Source: a virus (Duplodnaviria; Heunggongvirae; Uroviricota; Caudoviricetes). Taken from it: DNA of 64,000 nucleotides. Each line of letters opens with the position of its first letter. Within the stretch, counting starts at the first letter, position 1. Under the pieces are notes generated by a model that saw only the letters and a program-made list of their open reading frames with translations, was not told where the DNA came from and did not search any database. A program made the translations under genes and the position numbers. The stretch lies in IMG/VR virus record IMGVR_UViG_3300034160_000140. The stretch is one strand, 5' to 3'. This document shows positions 18,779 to 28,207 of the stretch, piece by piece.

Positions 18779-19012
18779 ATGAAAAGCCAACTTCAAGAAG
18801 ACCAAGCAGAATCTCAATCGAACAACACTGTCGAAGCCAAAGCGGTTGCCATGCTGATGGCTCGTAATGAACGTCTCATTTCGCTGTTGGGTTGCCTTGT
18901 TGAAAGTGTGACTGCTGACACGGCAGGTAAAGAAATCAGTGAACAACTGAAAGCTGACCTTGATCTGGCTAACCTGACGCTTGATGAGTATGAAAAAACC
19001 CCGCTTTATTAA
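18779..19012 (+). CDS. hypothetical protein
   Basis: GAGGTG Shine-Dalgarno site; promoter tgcTATAAT at ~18745. Confidence 0.45.
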   Translation: MKSQLQEDQAESQSNNTVEAKAVAMLMARNERLISLLGCLVESVTADTAGKEISEQLKADLDLANLTLDEYEKTPLY

Positions 19013-19090
19013 TAGATAAAGCTTGTTTTAAAAGGTAATATTTGCTACACTTGCTTTTCACTAATCTAAACTAAATAAGGATACACATCA

Positions 19091-19945
19091 ATGCTTAAAA
19101 AGATTTTTGCTTCTCTTGTTCTTCTGGCATCAGTTGCCCTCAGTGGGTGTTCTGAAACCGTAGACGCTGGTTTTGTTGGTGTTGTTGAAAAACATCCCTA
19201 CGTTGGTCCGGGTGGTGTAGAGAAAGAATTTTACAAAGGTGGTGATCGCTACTATATCTCGCCAACCTCCATCATGCACCGCTATGACATTAAACCTATT
19301 CAGAAAGAAGAAGCGTTTAATGACTTGCCATCCAGTAGTTCAACTCCGGTAGACTTTAAAGCGGTGGTTCGTTATGAACTTATCCCTGAACAGGCTTACA
19401 TTTACCATGAAAAATTTGGTAATGCGATGTATGATAACAACTTGAAGAAAGACTTTCAAAATATGCTACGTGACTTTGCTCGACAGCATACAGTGAAACA
19501 ACTTACTACGGATCAGACTGTCACTGACGCTGGTGAAGATGCTGTCTACAAAAAGATGGTCGATATTGTGGTCACAAAAGGTATTCCAGTGCGAATTATG
19601 GCAGTGACCATCGGGGCGATTATGCCACCCGATGAAGTGCTTGCAGAGACGGCTCGGACAGAAGCACAAGTTCAACGAGCTTTGACAGAAGACTCCCGTG
19701 CAGACGCCGAAAAGAAACGTAAGCAGGCTGAAACAAACAAAGCTGACGCTGACAATGAATACATGACCAAGATGAAAATGACACCTGAGCAATACTTGCG
19801 AGGTCGTGAAATTGACAACCAGCGTGAGATTGTTGAAACGGTCAAAAAGAAAGATAACGTCAACATGTTGATTGTCTTGGGTGGTGGTGGTTCCCTTCCA
19901 CAAGGGGTAACAGTTCCACAGCCAATCGTTCAACCAAAGCAGTAA
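19091..19945 (+). CDS. lipoprotein with SPFH/band-7 (HflK/C-prohibitin-like) domain (tentative)
   Basis: Lipobox LSG/C; central region and Ala/Glu/Gln-rich coiled C-terminus (AETARTEAQVQRALTEDSRADAEKKRKQAETNKADADNEY) resemble SPFH proteins from memory; AAGGATAC Shine-Dalgarno site. Confidence 0.45.
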   Translation: MLKKIFASLVLLASVALSGCSETVDAGFVGVVEKHPYVGPGGVEKEFYKGGDRYYISPTSIMHRYDIKPIQKEEAFNDLPSSSSTPVDFKAVVRYELIPEQAYIYHEKFGNAMYDNNLKKDFQNMLRDFARQHTVKQLTTDQTVTDAGEDAVYKKMVDIVVTKGIPVRIMAVTIGAIMPPDEVLAETARTEAQVQRALTEDSRADAEKKRKQAETNKADADNEYMTKMKMTPEQYLRGREIDNQREIVETVKKKDNVNMLIVLGGGGSLPQGVTVPQPIVQPKQ

Positions 19946-20002
19946 ATAAGCAATAAGAAAAAAGGCCACTAGTTGGCCTTTTTTGTTGTCTTTAATTAAG
20001 TA

Positions 20003-20470
20003 TTAAAGGTTAGGATAGCGGCATATTTTATAGTAGTTATACTTGGTATCAGCTCTATTAAATGATCCTAATACATAAGTGTATTGACCAGAAACAAATG
20101 GAAAATACTTATTTTGTGTGTATACGCTATCAATCAATATGGCATTAGACCATTTGATATATCTAATCATTCCTGTTGGATAAGGTTTTGATGTATTAAA
20201 TGTCATTGCATAGTTAGAACTTTCTGAATAGTTTTGGCATGTATAACCTGCCCTATCTTCGTCCTTTGGTGGCACTGGTGGTTCAGGAATTACAGGGACT
20301 TCTGGCTCAGGCGGTATTGGTGGTGTTTCTGGATTTGTAGGCGGTTTGATCTTTGAAAATACGATGTCACCTTCATTTAAGTGAGCTTTTGGATGAATGA
20401 CCACTTGATAACTTGCATTCGCTATTGTTGTTACAGCCAATAAAGAGGCTATCATTATTATTTTTTTCAT
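20003..20470 (-). CDS. secreted modular-family protein (Pro-rich linker variant)
   Basis: Signal peptide ...TIANA/SYQVVIHP; PETPPIPPEPEVPVIPEPPVPP linker; C-terminal ...YNYYKICRYPNL family tail. Confidence 0.55.
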   Translation of the reverse strand: MKKIIMIASLLAVTTIANASYQVVIHPKAHLNEGDIVFSKIKPPTNPETPPIPPEPEVPVIPEPPVPPKDEDRAGYTCQNYSESSNYAMTFNTSKPYPTGMIRYIKWSNAILIDSVYTQNKYFPFVSGQYTYVLGSFNRADTKYNYYKICRYPNL

Positions 20471-20620
20471 ATTTTATTTTTATTGTTCTTAATATTATAA
20501 TACATCTGTTTAATAAAAAAACAACATAGCCAGTAATTACGGAAGTTTTTCTAAAAAAATATTGTCATTTTTCAGTTTTTGTTGTATAATTATTCCACAC
20601 TTATGTTGAGAGGATTTACC

Positions 20621-20875
20621 ATGACTACCGTTCAAACTCCAAAAGAAAGCGTGATTGAAGAAGCTACTGACATGATCGACCGTGTTCTGGCTGACGCTCG
20701 GGCTAAACTGCTGAAAGCGGTTGAATGTGGTGCCCTGAACATCACCGAAGATACATCGACACACATTGCTCTTGGTAAAGTTGTTGCCAAAGCTGTTTTG
20801 CTGGATGCTATCGACAATCAGTTGACTTTGGGTAGCCGTGATAAAGAAGTGAAGAACCTTCGCAGCCAGATTTAA
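20621..20875 (+). CDS. hypothetical protein
   Basis: GAGAGGATTTACC-ATG; promoter ttgTATAAT at ~20583; terminator 20895-20925. Confidence 0.5.
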   Translation: MTTVQTPKESVIEEATDMIDRVLADARAKLLKAVECGALNITEDTSTHIALGKVVAKAVLLDAIDNQLTLGSRDKEVKNLRSQI

Positions 20876-21002
20876 GCAGTAGCGACGTTCAAAAAAGCAG
20901 GCTTTCGGGGCTGCTTTTTTTTGACTTAAAATAAGATAAATGTTGTTTTTGTTTTTCATCCTTGTTATAATTGCTCCATCAAAACCAAAGGGGTTTACCA
21001 TC

Positions 21003-21281
21003 ATGTCTATCACTACTGTAACCGTCACTTTTAAAGTCGATACTGTTCTTCGTGACGATACCACTGACTTCTTTCATTTGGACGCTGAAATCCATCATAA
21101 GAATGTTTATGAGTTTCAGGTGCTGAGCTATGACAAAGACCGTAAACTGTGTGTGGCGGAACTCTACTTGCACAGTGCAGTAGACGAAAGCAAACTGCCA
21201 ACCCTTTTCGATGGTTCCCGACTGTCGGTTAGCGTGGATTGCCGCGAAGTTGAATACTCAGGTTTGACGATTGCTGCATAA
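21003..21281 (+). CDS. hypothetical protein
   Basis: AAAGGGG Shine-Dalgarno site; promoter ttgTTATAAT at ~20963. Confidence 0.5.
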   Translation: MSITTVTVTFKVDTVLRDDTTDFFHLDAEIHHKNVYEFQVLSYDKDRKLCVAELYLHSAVDESKLPTLFDGSRLSVSVDCREVEYSGLTIAA

Positions 21282-21346
21282 GGTCAACAAGGTTATTAAT
21301 CAGCAGTCCTTCTGGGCTGCTTTTTCTTTTTTTAAGGAGTTCACAG

Positions 21347-21529
21347 ATGTTAAAAGAAGATCTTTATCACTGGCAAGACACCCCAGAAGAAATGCAAAAA
21401 TGCGACGAAGTATTCGAAAAATTTAACGCGGCTGGTTTGCTGGATGATTTGAAATACATCATTGATAAACGCATGGCAGACGCCCGTTCAGAAGAAGCGT
21501 ATAATAATGCGAATTTTTCCGAAACGTAA
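21347..21529 (+). CDS. hypothetical small protein
   Basis: AAGGAG Shine-Dalgarno site. Confidence 0.4.
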   Translation: MLKEDLYHWQDTPEEMQKCDEVFEKFNAAGLLDDLKYIIDKRMADARSEEAYNNANFSET

Positions 21530-21579
21530 CAAGCAATCATCTTCAAGAAATTTGTAGATATTTTTCAATAATCTGTTTT

Positions 21580-21613
21580 TTGACTTGCCTTCACTGCTGT
21601 ATTTCGATATAAT
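21580..21613 (+). promoter_or_regulatory. promoter region of RNA ligase gene 1
   Basis: ttgact ... cgaTATAAT. Confidence 0.4.
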
Positions 21614-21644
21614 AGCCCAACTCAAACCAGTAGAGATTTGAACC

Positions 21645-22766
21645 ATGTCCAGCATCTTCCCGCGTATTGAAACCCTTGATGATATGCTTCCTCACATCAA
21701 AGACCGTGCCTATATTTCTGTTAATAAACAGGATAACGGTGCCAACATCGTTTGCTATAACATCAGCAACGGCGACTCTTTCAACACTCCGGTTGAAAAG
21801 GAAGCTCGCGGTATTACCTTTGACGACAACGGTAAAATCCTGTCGCGTCCATTGCACAAATTCTTCAACTTGGCAGAGCGTGCAGAAGTCCAACCAGCCG
21901 TTTTGGATTGGAACACGATGGTCGCCGGGTTTGATAAAATGGATGGCTCCATGATTACCACAGGGCTGTTCAACGGCGAATTTTTTGCTAAGTCCAAGAA
22001 GTCTTTCAAATCGGATGTGGCTGTTTCTGCAGAAAGTTTTGTGTCTCGTAACCAGAAATACTACGAGTTCACCAAATATTGCTCTCAGGCCCAACTGACC
22101 CCTATTTTTGAATTCACTTCGCCAAAACATCGTATCGTTTTGCGTTATGACGAAGACAACATGACACTTCTTCATGTTCGTCACAACATCACAGGCGATT
22201 ACTTAATGCCTGCTGACAAAGACCAACTGGCGTTGTTGTTTGATATTCCTGTTAACAAGCCACTGTTTGGTGAAGAATTTGATTTGGCTGCTTTATTGAA
22301 GTCGCTGAACACTGTTGAAGGGATTGAAGGCTACGTTATTCAGTTCGTTAACGGTAACATGATCAAAATCAAAACCAAATGGTATATGAACCTCCATCAT
22401 GCGGTTAGCTTTGTTCGTGAACGTGATATTGCTCGGTTGGTGGTTGAAGAAAAACTTGATGATTATATCGCTTATTTGTCGCTGAACTCGCCAACGGCTG
22501 ATTTGAGTGAGATTTATCGAATCAATGACGCTATCAAAGCTTCGATTGAAGCGTTGTCGAAAGAAGTTGATGATATTGCTGCTGAATTCCAAGGTGTTGA
22601 TGTGAAAACTGCAGCAATTCAGCTTAAAGGCCATAAACACTTTGGTTTTGTTATGGGTGCAATTCGTGGTCACAAAAACGACTACCTGTATCACTACTCT
22701 AAAAACCATCTGGTGGATTGGTCGTTGGAACAAATTGAGCTTGGCGACTTGTCAGCTCCGGTTTAA
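21645..22766 (+). CDS. rnlA: RNA ligase, T4 Rnl1 (gp63) family, paralog 1
   Basis: Nucleotidyltransferase motifs in T4 Rnl1 order: FDKMDGSM (motif I Lys), HKFFNLAE, EFTSPKHRIVLRY, GIEGYVIQF (motif IV), MIKIKTKWY (motif V); similar length (373 aa) to T4 Rnl1. Confidence 0.75.
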   Translation: MSSIFPRIETLDDMLPHIKDRAYISVNKQDNGANIVCYNISNGDSFNTPVEKEARGITFDDNGKILSRPLHKFFNLAERAEVQPAVLDWNTMVAGFDKMDGSMITTGLFNGEFFAKSKKSFKSDVAVSAESFVSRNQKYYEFTKYCSQAQLTPIFEFTSPKHRIVLRYDEDNMTLLHVRHNITGDYLMPADKDQLALLFDIPVNKPLFGEEFDLAALLKSLNTVEGIEGYVIQFVNGNMIKIKTKWYMNLHHAVSFVRERDIARLVVEEKLDDYIAYLSLNSPTADLSEIYRINDAIKASIEALSKEVDDIAAEFQGVDVKTAAIQLKGHKHFGFVMGAIRGHKNDYLYHYSKNHLVDWSLEQIELGDLSAPV

Positions 22767-22883
22767 ATCAGTATGAAGAAAGAAGCCCTGCACTTGCGGG
22801 GCTTTTTAATAATAATCTATTTTTTGGTTGTTAATATTTAGTGTTTGATGTATAATCAATCCATCAAAACAGAGGTTTATCTC

Positions 22884-23267
22884 ATGACAACCATCCGCGA
22901 TAAAGCAGCTAACGTAGACATCACCAGCAAAGGCTTTCTTGATTTTACTGCCCCATTCCGAAAAGGTCAGCATTCTGTTATTTGCTGGTCTTTGGTCGAA
23001 GATGGTTCTTGTGGCATAGAGGAAACCATTGCTTGTCCACCTAATTTTCAACTGGTGGCTATGATGTTTCCAGACGTTTCGGCTGTTGTTATGATGGATC
23101 TGGCTCAAAAACTGCGTAGCTTGTTCAACTCTTGGTGGATAACCGAAGAACCCGAAGCGTATGCAGAGCCGCCACGGAATTATTCGCGTTTTTCTGCCAC
23201 CATTGAATACACTCGTCTTTATGCTTTCTATCTTGAACAGAAAAAAGCGATGGACGCAAAAGCGTAA
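22884..23267 (+). CDS. hypothetical protein
   Basis: CAGAGG Shine-Dalgarno site; promoter gaTGTATAAT at ~22848. Confidence 0.5.
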   Translation: MTTIRDKAANVDITSKGFLDFTAPFRKGQHSVICWSLVEDGSCGIEETIACPPNFQLVAMMFPDVSAVVMMDLAQKLRSLFNSWWITEEPEAYAEPPRNYSRFSATIEYTRLYAFYLEQKKAMDAKA

Positions 23268-23358
23268 ATATCACAAGAAAAGGCAGTCTTTGACTGTCTT
23301 TTTCGTTGTTTGAAAACAATATTTCATGTATAATCCACTGATTAACCCAGAGGTTTCT

Positions 23359-23676
23359 ATGACTAAATTTCGAATTTCCTATGACCTAACGAATGGTGTT
23401 GCAACCCCAGATGGATTATGTGTCAGTCTGGTGGATGAACTGATTTCTTTGCGTCATCTTGGCGATGTGAGCTACACGACTTCGACGGTCAGTGTCATCA
23501 CGGCATTCCGGTTGGCTGCGGCTGAAAAGAAAATCAGCGTTGACGATATTGTCTTTGTTTTTGATGGGGCTGATGTCACAATGGACAACAAATTTGAACT
23601 GTCGGCTTGGCCTAAACAGGGCGACATTCAAGGCAACATGCTTGGAAAAATCATGCAAGCACGAAAAAAAGTTTGA
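23359..23676 (+). CDS. hypothetical protein
   Basis: CAGAGG Shine-Dalgarno site; promoter catGTATAAT at ~23328. Confidence 0.5.
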   Translation: MTKFRISYDLTNGVATPDGLCVSLVDELISLRHLGDVSYTTSTVSVITAFRLAAAEKKISVDDIVFVFDGADVTMDNKFELSAWPKQGDIQGNMLGKIMQARKKV

Positions 23677-23732
23677 ATTAAAAATCAGTTTTTGATATAA
23701 TCAATTCAGACAATTTAATCGTGGAGATTCAC

Positions 23733-24854
23733 ATGACTTATCAACAAGAACTGTATGCCCAACTGATGAACCTGTTGGTGACGAATCCGGGGTCGTTCAA
23801 ATACCGTGATGAAACCTCGGCAGTAGACGGCGGGACTTACCGTGTCTTCAACTATGACATTCCAAAGCACTCCGAATTCAAACTTCCGGGTGCTAAGGAT
23901 TGCCGTGGGGTCATGTTCTACATGGGCGGTGATGATCCAGTGCTGGTTGCATTGCCTATGCAGAAATTTTTCTCGCTCGGTGAAACCCCAGAGACTCAAA
24001 AGATCAAGCCAGAAGAAGCGGATCATGCTTACTTGAAGCCGGACGGTTCCTTGCTGACCAGCTATATCTCGCCGGTTAACAATACGCTTTACTACAAGAG
24101 CAAAAAGAAGCCAACTTTTGCCGATTATGACCTTGTTGAGAAGTCTATCAGCCCTGAGTTGCACGCTGACATTGAGCGTCTGACCCGCACAGGTATTTCT
24201 GTTGACTTGGAATTGACCACGCCCAAAAACCGCGTGTTCATTGAATACACTGATTACGCTGTTCATATCCTAAAAGCCCGTGATATGAGCACTGGTGCTT
24301 ATGTTGATATTCGTTCGGCTGAATTCGCTGCCAAATACCCGGTTATTGCGGCCCATTTGGTGAAACGTATCCCTATCAATGAACTCAACGTCAATGACCC
24401 TGAGATTGAGGGTTATGTGGTTGAATTTGGCACTGACATGTATAAGGTGAAGACAATTCCTTACCTGAAAATGTCGGCAGTTGTCAACATTCAGGATCGG
24501 TCGAAGGAACGTCAGGTTATTTATGAAGCAACCCTTCACGAAATTCTGGATGAAATCCGTTCGTTGTATCACTACCGGACGCACAGCGACAACTTCCCAC
24601 TGGCTGAAATTCTGGCTCGCTTGGATGAAGTAGAAGACTATGCACGTAAAAGCTACCATTACCTTGTTCGCACGGTCGATAGCTTCCACAATGAGCATAA
24701 AGGTCTGGAACGTGGCGATTACGCTCGTAAAGCCAAAGAAGTGGCTCCATTGCTTCTGTCGGTGTTGATGAGCAAGTTTTCGGGTGATGAGATTGATTAC
24801 AAACAAGCTGCTATCATGGTATTTGCTCGTAAACAAGTGCCTATTCCCGAGTAA
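23733..24854 (+). CDS. rnlA: RNA ligase, T4 Rnl1 (gp63) family, paralog 2
   Basis: DCRGVMF, MQKFFSLGE, YLKPDGSL (KxDG motif I), DLELTTPKNRVFIEY, EIEGYVVEF, MYKVKTIPY. These line up with T4 Rnl1 ECRGIMF / MEKFFNL / KEDGSL / NFEFVAPTNRIVLAY / NIEGYVAV / HFKIKSDWY. Confidence 0.85.
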   Translation: MTYQQELYAQLMNLLVTNPGSFKYRDETSAVDGGTYRVFNYDIPKHSEFKLPGAKDCRGVMFYMGGDDPVLVALPMQKFFSLGETPETQKIKPEEADHAYLKPDGSLLTSYISPVNNTLYYKSKKKPTFADYDLVEKSISPELHADIERLTRTGISVDLELTTPKNRVFIEYTDYAVHILKARDMSTGAYVDIRSAEFAAKYPVIAAHLVKRIPINELNVNDPEIEGYVVEFGTDMYKVKTIPYLKMSAVVNIQDRSKERQVIYEATLHEILDEIRSLYHYRTHSDNFPLAEILARLDEVEDYARKSYHYLVRTVDSFHNEHKGLERGDYARKAKEVAPLLLSVLMSKFSGDEIDYKQAAIMVFARKQVPIPE

Positions 24855-24873
24855 GTGACTGTTTAATAAAACG

Positions 24874-24897
24874 GCCCTAGTCTTCTAGGGCTTTTTT
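24874..24897 (+). terminator. rho-independent terminator
   Basis: gccctagtcttctagggc followed by T6. Confidence 0.7.
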
Positions 24898-24983
24898 ATT
24901 TCTATTCAAAAATAGCTTTACGAAAATTATGTTTTTTGCTATAATTCAACTGTTGAAACATACATACTACTCAGGAGCTGAAA

Positions 24984-25271
24984 ATGCCATTCACTGCAAG
25001 CATTGTTAACCGTCATGGTTACGCCCATGCTTTCTGCAAATCCAGCCACGGCCATTACTACATGGGTGGCCCGAAAACTGCAGAAGTGGTTTTTCAAACG
25101 GTAAAAGAGTTCAATGATTTTGTTGAACATCTGGAACATTTGACGGTTGAAGACCCGCGTGTTTCTCAGTATGACCTTGATGTGTTTGGTTTTGTTAAAG
25201 GTCGTGTTCAATTTGATTTGATTACACCGAAAACCGCTAGACCACCAGCACCCATTCATAAACTTAAATAA
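24984..25271 (+). CDS. hypothetical protein
   Basis: CAGGAG Shine-Dalgarno site. Confidence 0.45.
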   Translation: MPFTASIVNRHGYAHAFCKSSHGHYYMGGPKTAEVVFQTVKEFNDFVEHLEHLTVEDPRVSQYDLDVFGFVKGRVQFDLITPKTARPPAPIHKLK

Positions 25272-25284
25272 TATTGGAGTTGTC

Positions 25285-25596
25285 ATGAAAAAATTACTGT
25301 GCTTTTTGGCTGTACCCTTTTTGCTAACAGGTTGTTTGGATGAATTAAAAACGTCCGAAGCTTCACAGGTAAGCACTGCGAATACAATCAAGTATCAAAA
25401 GGAAATTGATATTGCTCGGGATAACGGCCCGCAAGATATTGTTTGTAGCTCAGGTGGTGTTGTTACCTATAAGCACGAAAATGTTATCTTGTATCGTAGC
25501 ATTTATTCAGATACTAGAAACATTGATGTCTATGAACAAGACACTACTGAGAAAGTTGTTGTTTCTGGGGACTGCACCATTCGCCCACATAAGTAA
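25285..25596 (+). CDS. small lipoprotein, family of 3 (with 25638 and 59650)
   Basis: Lipobox LLTG/C; DIVCSSGGVVTYKHENVILYRSI...DVYEQDT.EK...C.IRPHK. Confidence 0.55.
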   Translation: MKKLLCFLAVPFLLTGCLDELKTSEASQVSTANTIKYQKEIDIARDNGPQDIVCSSGGVVTYKHENVILYRSIYSDTRNIDVYEQDTTEKVVVSGDCTIRPHK

Positions 25597-25637
25597 CACA
25601 TATTTTCGTTTATTTAGAACAAATTATTGGAGACTTT

Positions 25638-25931
25638 ATGAAAAAAATATTAGTTGGATTAGCTCTTTCATTGGCACTGTCAGGTTGTGATCGTGTACAA
25701 CCCGCTGCTGTAGATCCTCAAAACAGGGTTATCAGTTATGAACGCGAATATGGCCCGAAAGATATCATTTGCCATTCTGGTTCAGTGGTGACTTATGATC
25801 ACAAAAATGTCATTATTTATCAAAATATTCAGCATAATTCTACCATTCTCGATGTTTATGAGAATGATACTCATGAAAAGATTGGTTTGCCAGTGGCTCA
25901 ATGTATTTGGCGACCTCACAAGCAAAGTTAA
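25638..25931 (+). CDS. small lipoprotein, family of 3
   Basis: Lipobox ALSG/C; DIICHSGSVVTYDHKNVIIYQNI...DVYENDTHEK...C.WRPHK. Confidence 0.55.
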   Translation: MKKILVGLALSLALSGCDRVQPAAVDPQNRVISYEREYGPKDIICHSGSVVTYDHKNVIIYQNIQHNSTILDVYENDTHEKIGLPVAQCIWRPHKQS

Positions 25932-26025
25932 CTGTTGAAAAAGCCGCTTTCGAGCGGTTTTTTGTTGTCTAATTGTTGATAAATCTGTATAATAACGATA
26001 TAGATAAATCCATGAGGCTACGCGA

Positions 26026-26703
26026 ATGAAACTGACTCACGCTGAAATCATTGTTAAACGCATCATGTTGACTAGTCCGCTTACGTCAAAAAGTCGTTTG
26101 TCCGTATTGTCTCATATTCTTTTGCGTGAGCCTTTCGCACAGTGGGGTGCTGATGGGTGTGTTCATATTCACAAAGTAAAAGACACCAATCCTCGAAAAG
26201 CAGTCATGTCCATGCCGGATCATTTGGTGAAACCGCTTGACATTGACAAGGAAATTCAGAAAATGATGCCTGATTACTATGAGGCTCGATTGGTAGAGCG
26301 TGAACTTGAAATCATGCAATATGCCTTCATGGAAAAGAACATTGATATTTATGCCAAAAAGAACCTGTCGCATCAACCCGGATTGAAAGCAGAAGTATTG
26401 ACTGCCAATGCCAGCAATGCTCTCATTTTTAGTATCCCTGACAATGTTGAAGCCAGTTGGAAAAAAGCTGCTCTGGAAGTGGTTGACGCTATTATCTTGG
26501 CGTTGCGGGAAGAAAAATTTATTACTCGCAACCTTAAAGGTGAAAAAAATGACCCGTTGAAAGCTGAAAACTGGCGAATGGGGTATTGGGCTAGCATGTA
26601 TGAAAAATTTCACAACGTTCGTGAAAAACTTTCTCTACCTGTGTCTAATCGTGCAGTTCTCGATATATCGGCAATGTGGGATTCGGTTGTGAATCCGAAA
26701 TAA
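26026..26703 (+). CDS. hypothetical protein
   Basis: GAGG Shine-Dalgarno site; promoter ctGTATAAT at ~25985. Confidence 0.5.
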   Translation: MKLTHAEIIVKRIMLTSPLTSKSRLSVLSHILLREPFAQWGADGCVHIHKVKDTNPRKAVMSMPDHLVKPLDIDKEIQKMMPDYYEARLVERELEIMQYAFMEKNIDIYAKKNLSHQPGLKAEVLTANASNALIFSIPDNVEASWKKAALEVVDAIILALREEKFITRNLKGEKNDPLKAENWRMGYWASMYEKFHNVREKLSLPVSNRAVLDISAMWDSVVNPK

Positions 26704-26810
26704 AAACAGTTCAAACCATTAAAAGACCGCTTTCGAGTGGTTTTTTTATTGTGAAAAACTCATATTTGTTGTATAATAGCCTCATCTTAACTCGAACAGG
26801 TAAATGAAAA

Positions 26811-27386
26811 ATGTCTACTATTAATGTTGGTAAACTCTCTGAAATCAAATCCAGCTCCGAATTGAAACGCAAGCTTGAACAAATCAAGTCTGGCATCAAA
26901 ATGGCCGTGAGCCAGTTGGAAAAGACTGCAGTGGTTATTCCACAAGAATTCCTGTTTACTTTCCGTATGGGTCACAAGATTTTCACCGTTGTTCCCAACA
27001 CGGAAGAACTTTCCAAAGGCACCTTCGACTTGGGCCAACAGCTTAAAAAACTGGATCTGGCTGACTTCCAAAAGGTCAACCTGCTGGTGGAGCTGGAATC
27101 TGTTTCGTTGGCCGACCGACTGAACAGCATGAAATCGGATGTGTTGACCATTAAAGGTAGCGATGTTCGTTTTCGTGCAAAACACATCATCAAGCCAGCA
27201 CAACCCGGCCAAGAACACCTGAACGCATGGTCGAATTTGACTGATGTTGTTTCGATTGTCGTCACCCGCCTTCCAGAAAATCCAGACGTGCGTGTTCAAG
27301 CCGAATTGGCACACTTGAAAGACGTTATCGAAAATTCGAGTTTTTTCGCAGTAGACAAAGATGAAAATCTTTTGATTAAACTGTAA
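26811..27386 (+). CDS. family-B protein (paralog of 13214..13768)
   Basis: Aligned blocks (see 13214). Confidence 0.55.
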   Translation: MSTINVGKLSEIKSSSELKRKLEQIKSGIKMAVSQLEKTAVVIPQEFLFTFRMGHKIFTVVPNTEELSKGTFDLGQQLKKLDLADFQKVNLLVELESVSLADRLNSMKSDVLTIKGSDVRFRAKHIIKPAQPGQEHLNAWSNLTDVVSIVVTRLPENPDVRVQAELAHLKDVIENSSFFAVDKDENLLIKL

Positions 27387-27458
27387 AAAAAGCTTGTCCA
27401 AATAAGAGTTTTTCGGTATACTACACCCATCAAATCAACGAAGTGAAGGAAATCAAAA

Positions 27459-28079
27459 ATGACTAAGACTACTGTTCTCAACCACTCCGCAATGTCCGCT
27501 AAACTGCGTAGCATCTTCACCGCCAACAAAGACATGAAGGCTGTTTCGAAAATGCTGACCCAAGAATTCACCCTGTCGAAAACCGACGTTCCAAACGTCA
27601 TGACGCTCACCATGAAAAACGGTGAAGCTCAATCGGTTACCATCATCGACAACCGTTTTGCAGTCATCAGCTACGCCAAGCCGAAGGGTGCGAAGGCCAG
27701 CACGATTTTCCTAAACAAATCAACGCCTATCACTTCGATGAAAGCCAGCAAAGTGGTTGTGGTTGACCTCGAAGAACGCACTGTCGAAAACGGCGACTCG
27801 TTCGTAGGCTTCTCGCTGAAAAACGGTGGTAATGTGCCGGTTGACTTCTTGCTGGGTAGCTCGCTGGAACTGGTCGCTGTTCGTAACTACATCAACCACA
27901 CTCAGCTCTATGTTGCCACCCTTGACAACAAAGTGCTGGTAGCCGACAACATCAAAGCAGTTCGTTCCTTCATCAACGCCGAAGTGAAAGTAGTTTCTGA
28001 CGCTTTCGCACCACGCGAAATGGAAGCCTTCGAAGCAGACATGACCACCGCTCTGGAAGGTTCGGTAGCGACTGCTTAA
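27459..28079 (+). CDS. hypothetical protein
   Basis: GAAGGAAA Shine-Dalgarno site; terminator 28098-28126. Confidence 0.5.
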   Translation: MTKTTVLNHSAMSAKLRSIFTANKDMKAVSKMLTQEFTLSKTDVPNVMTLTMKNGEAQSVTIIDNRFAVISYAKPKGAKASTIFLNKSTPITSMKASKVVVVDLEERTVENGDSFVGFSLKNGGNVPVDFLLGSSLELVAVRNYINHTQLYVATLDNKVLVADNIKAVRSFINAEVKVVSDAFAPREMEAFEADMTTALEGSVATA

Positions 28080-28207
28080 CCTTTCGAAGTAATCAAAAGC
28101 CCTTGACCAGTTCAGGGGCTTTTTTCATTCAAAAATAAGTTTTTTGTTGCCTTTAACGGCTATTTTTGATATACTTATCGCAACTTAAAATGAATGAGGA
28201 TTTTACA

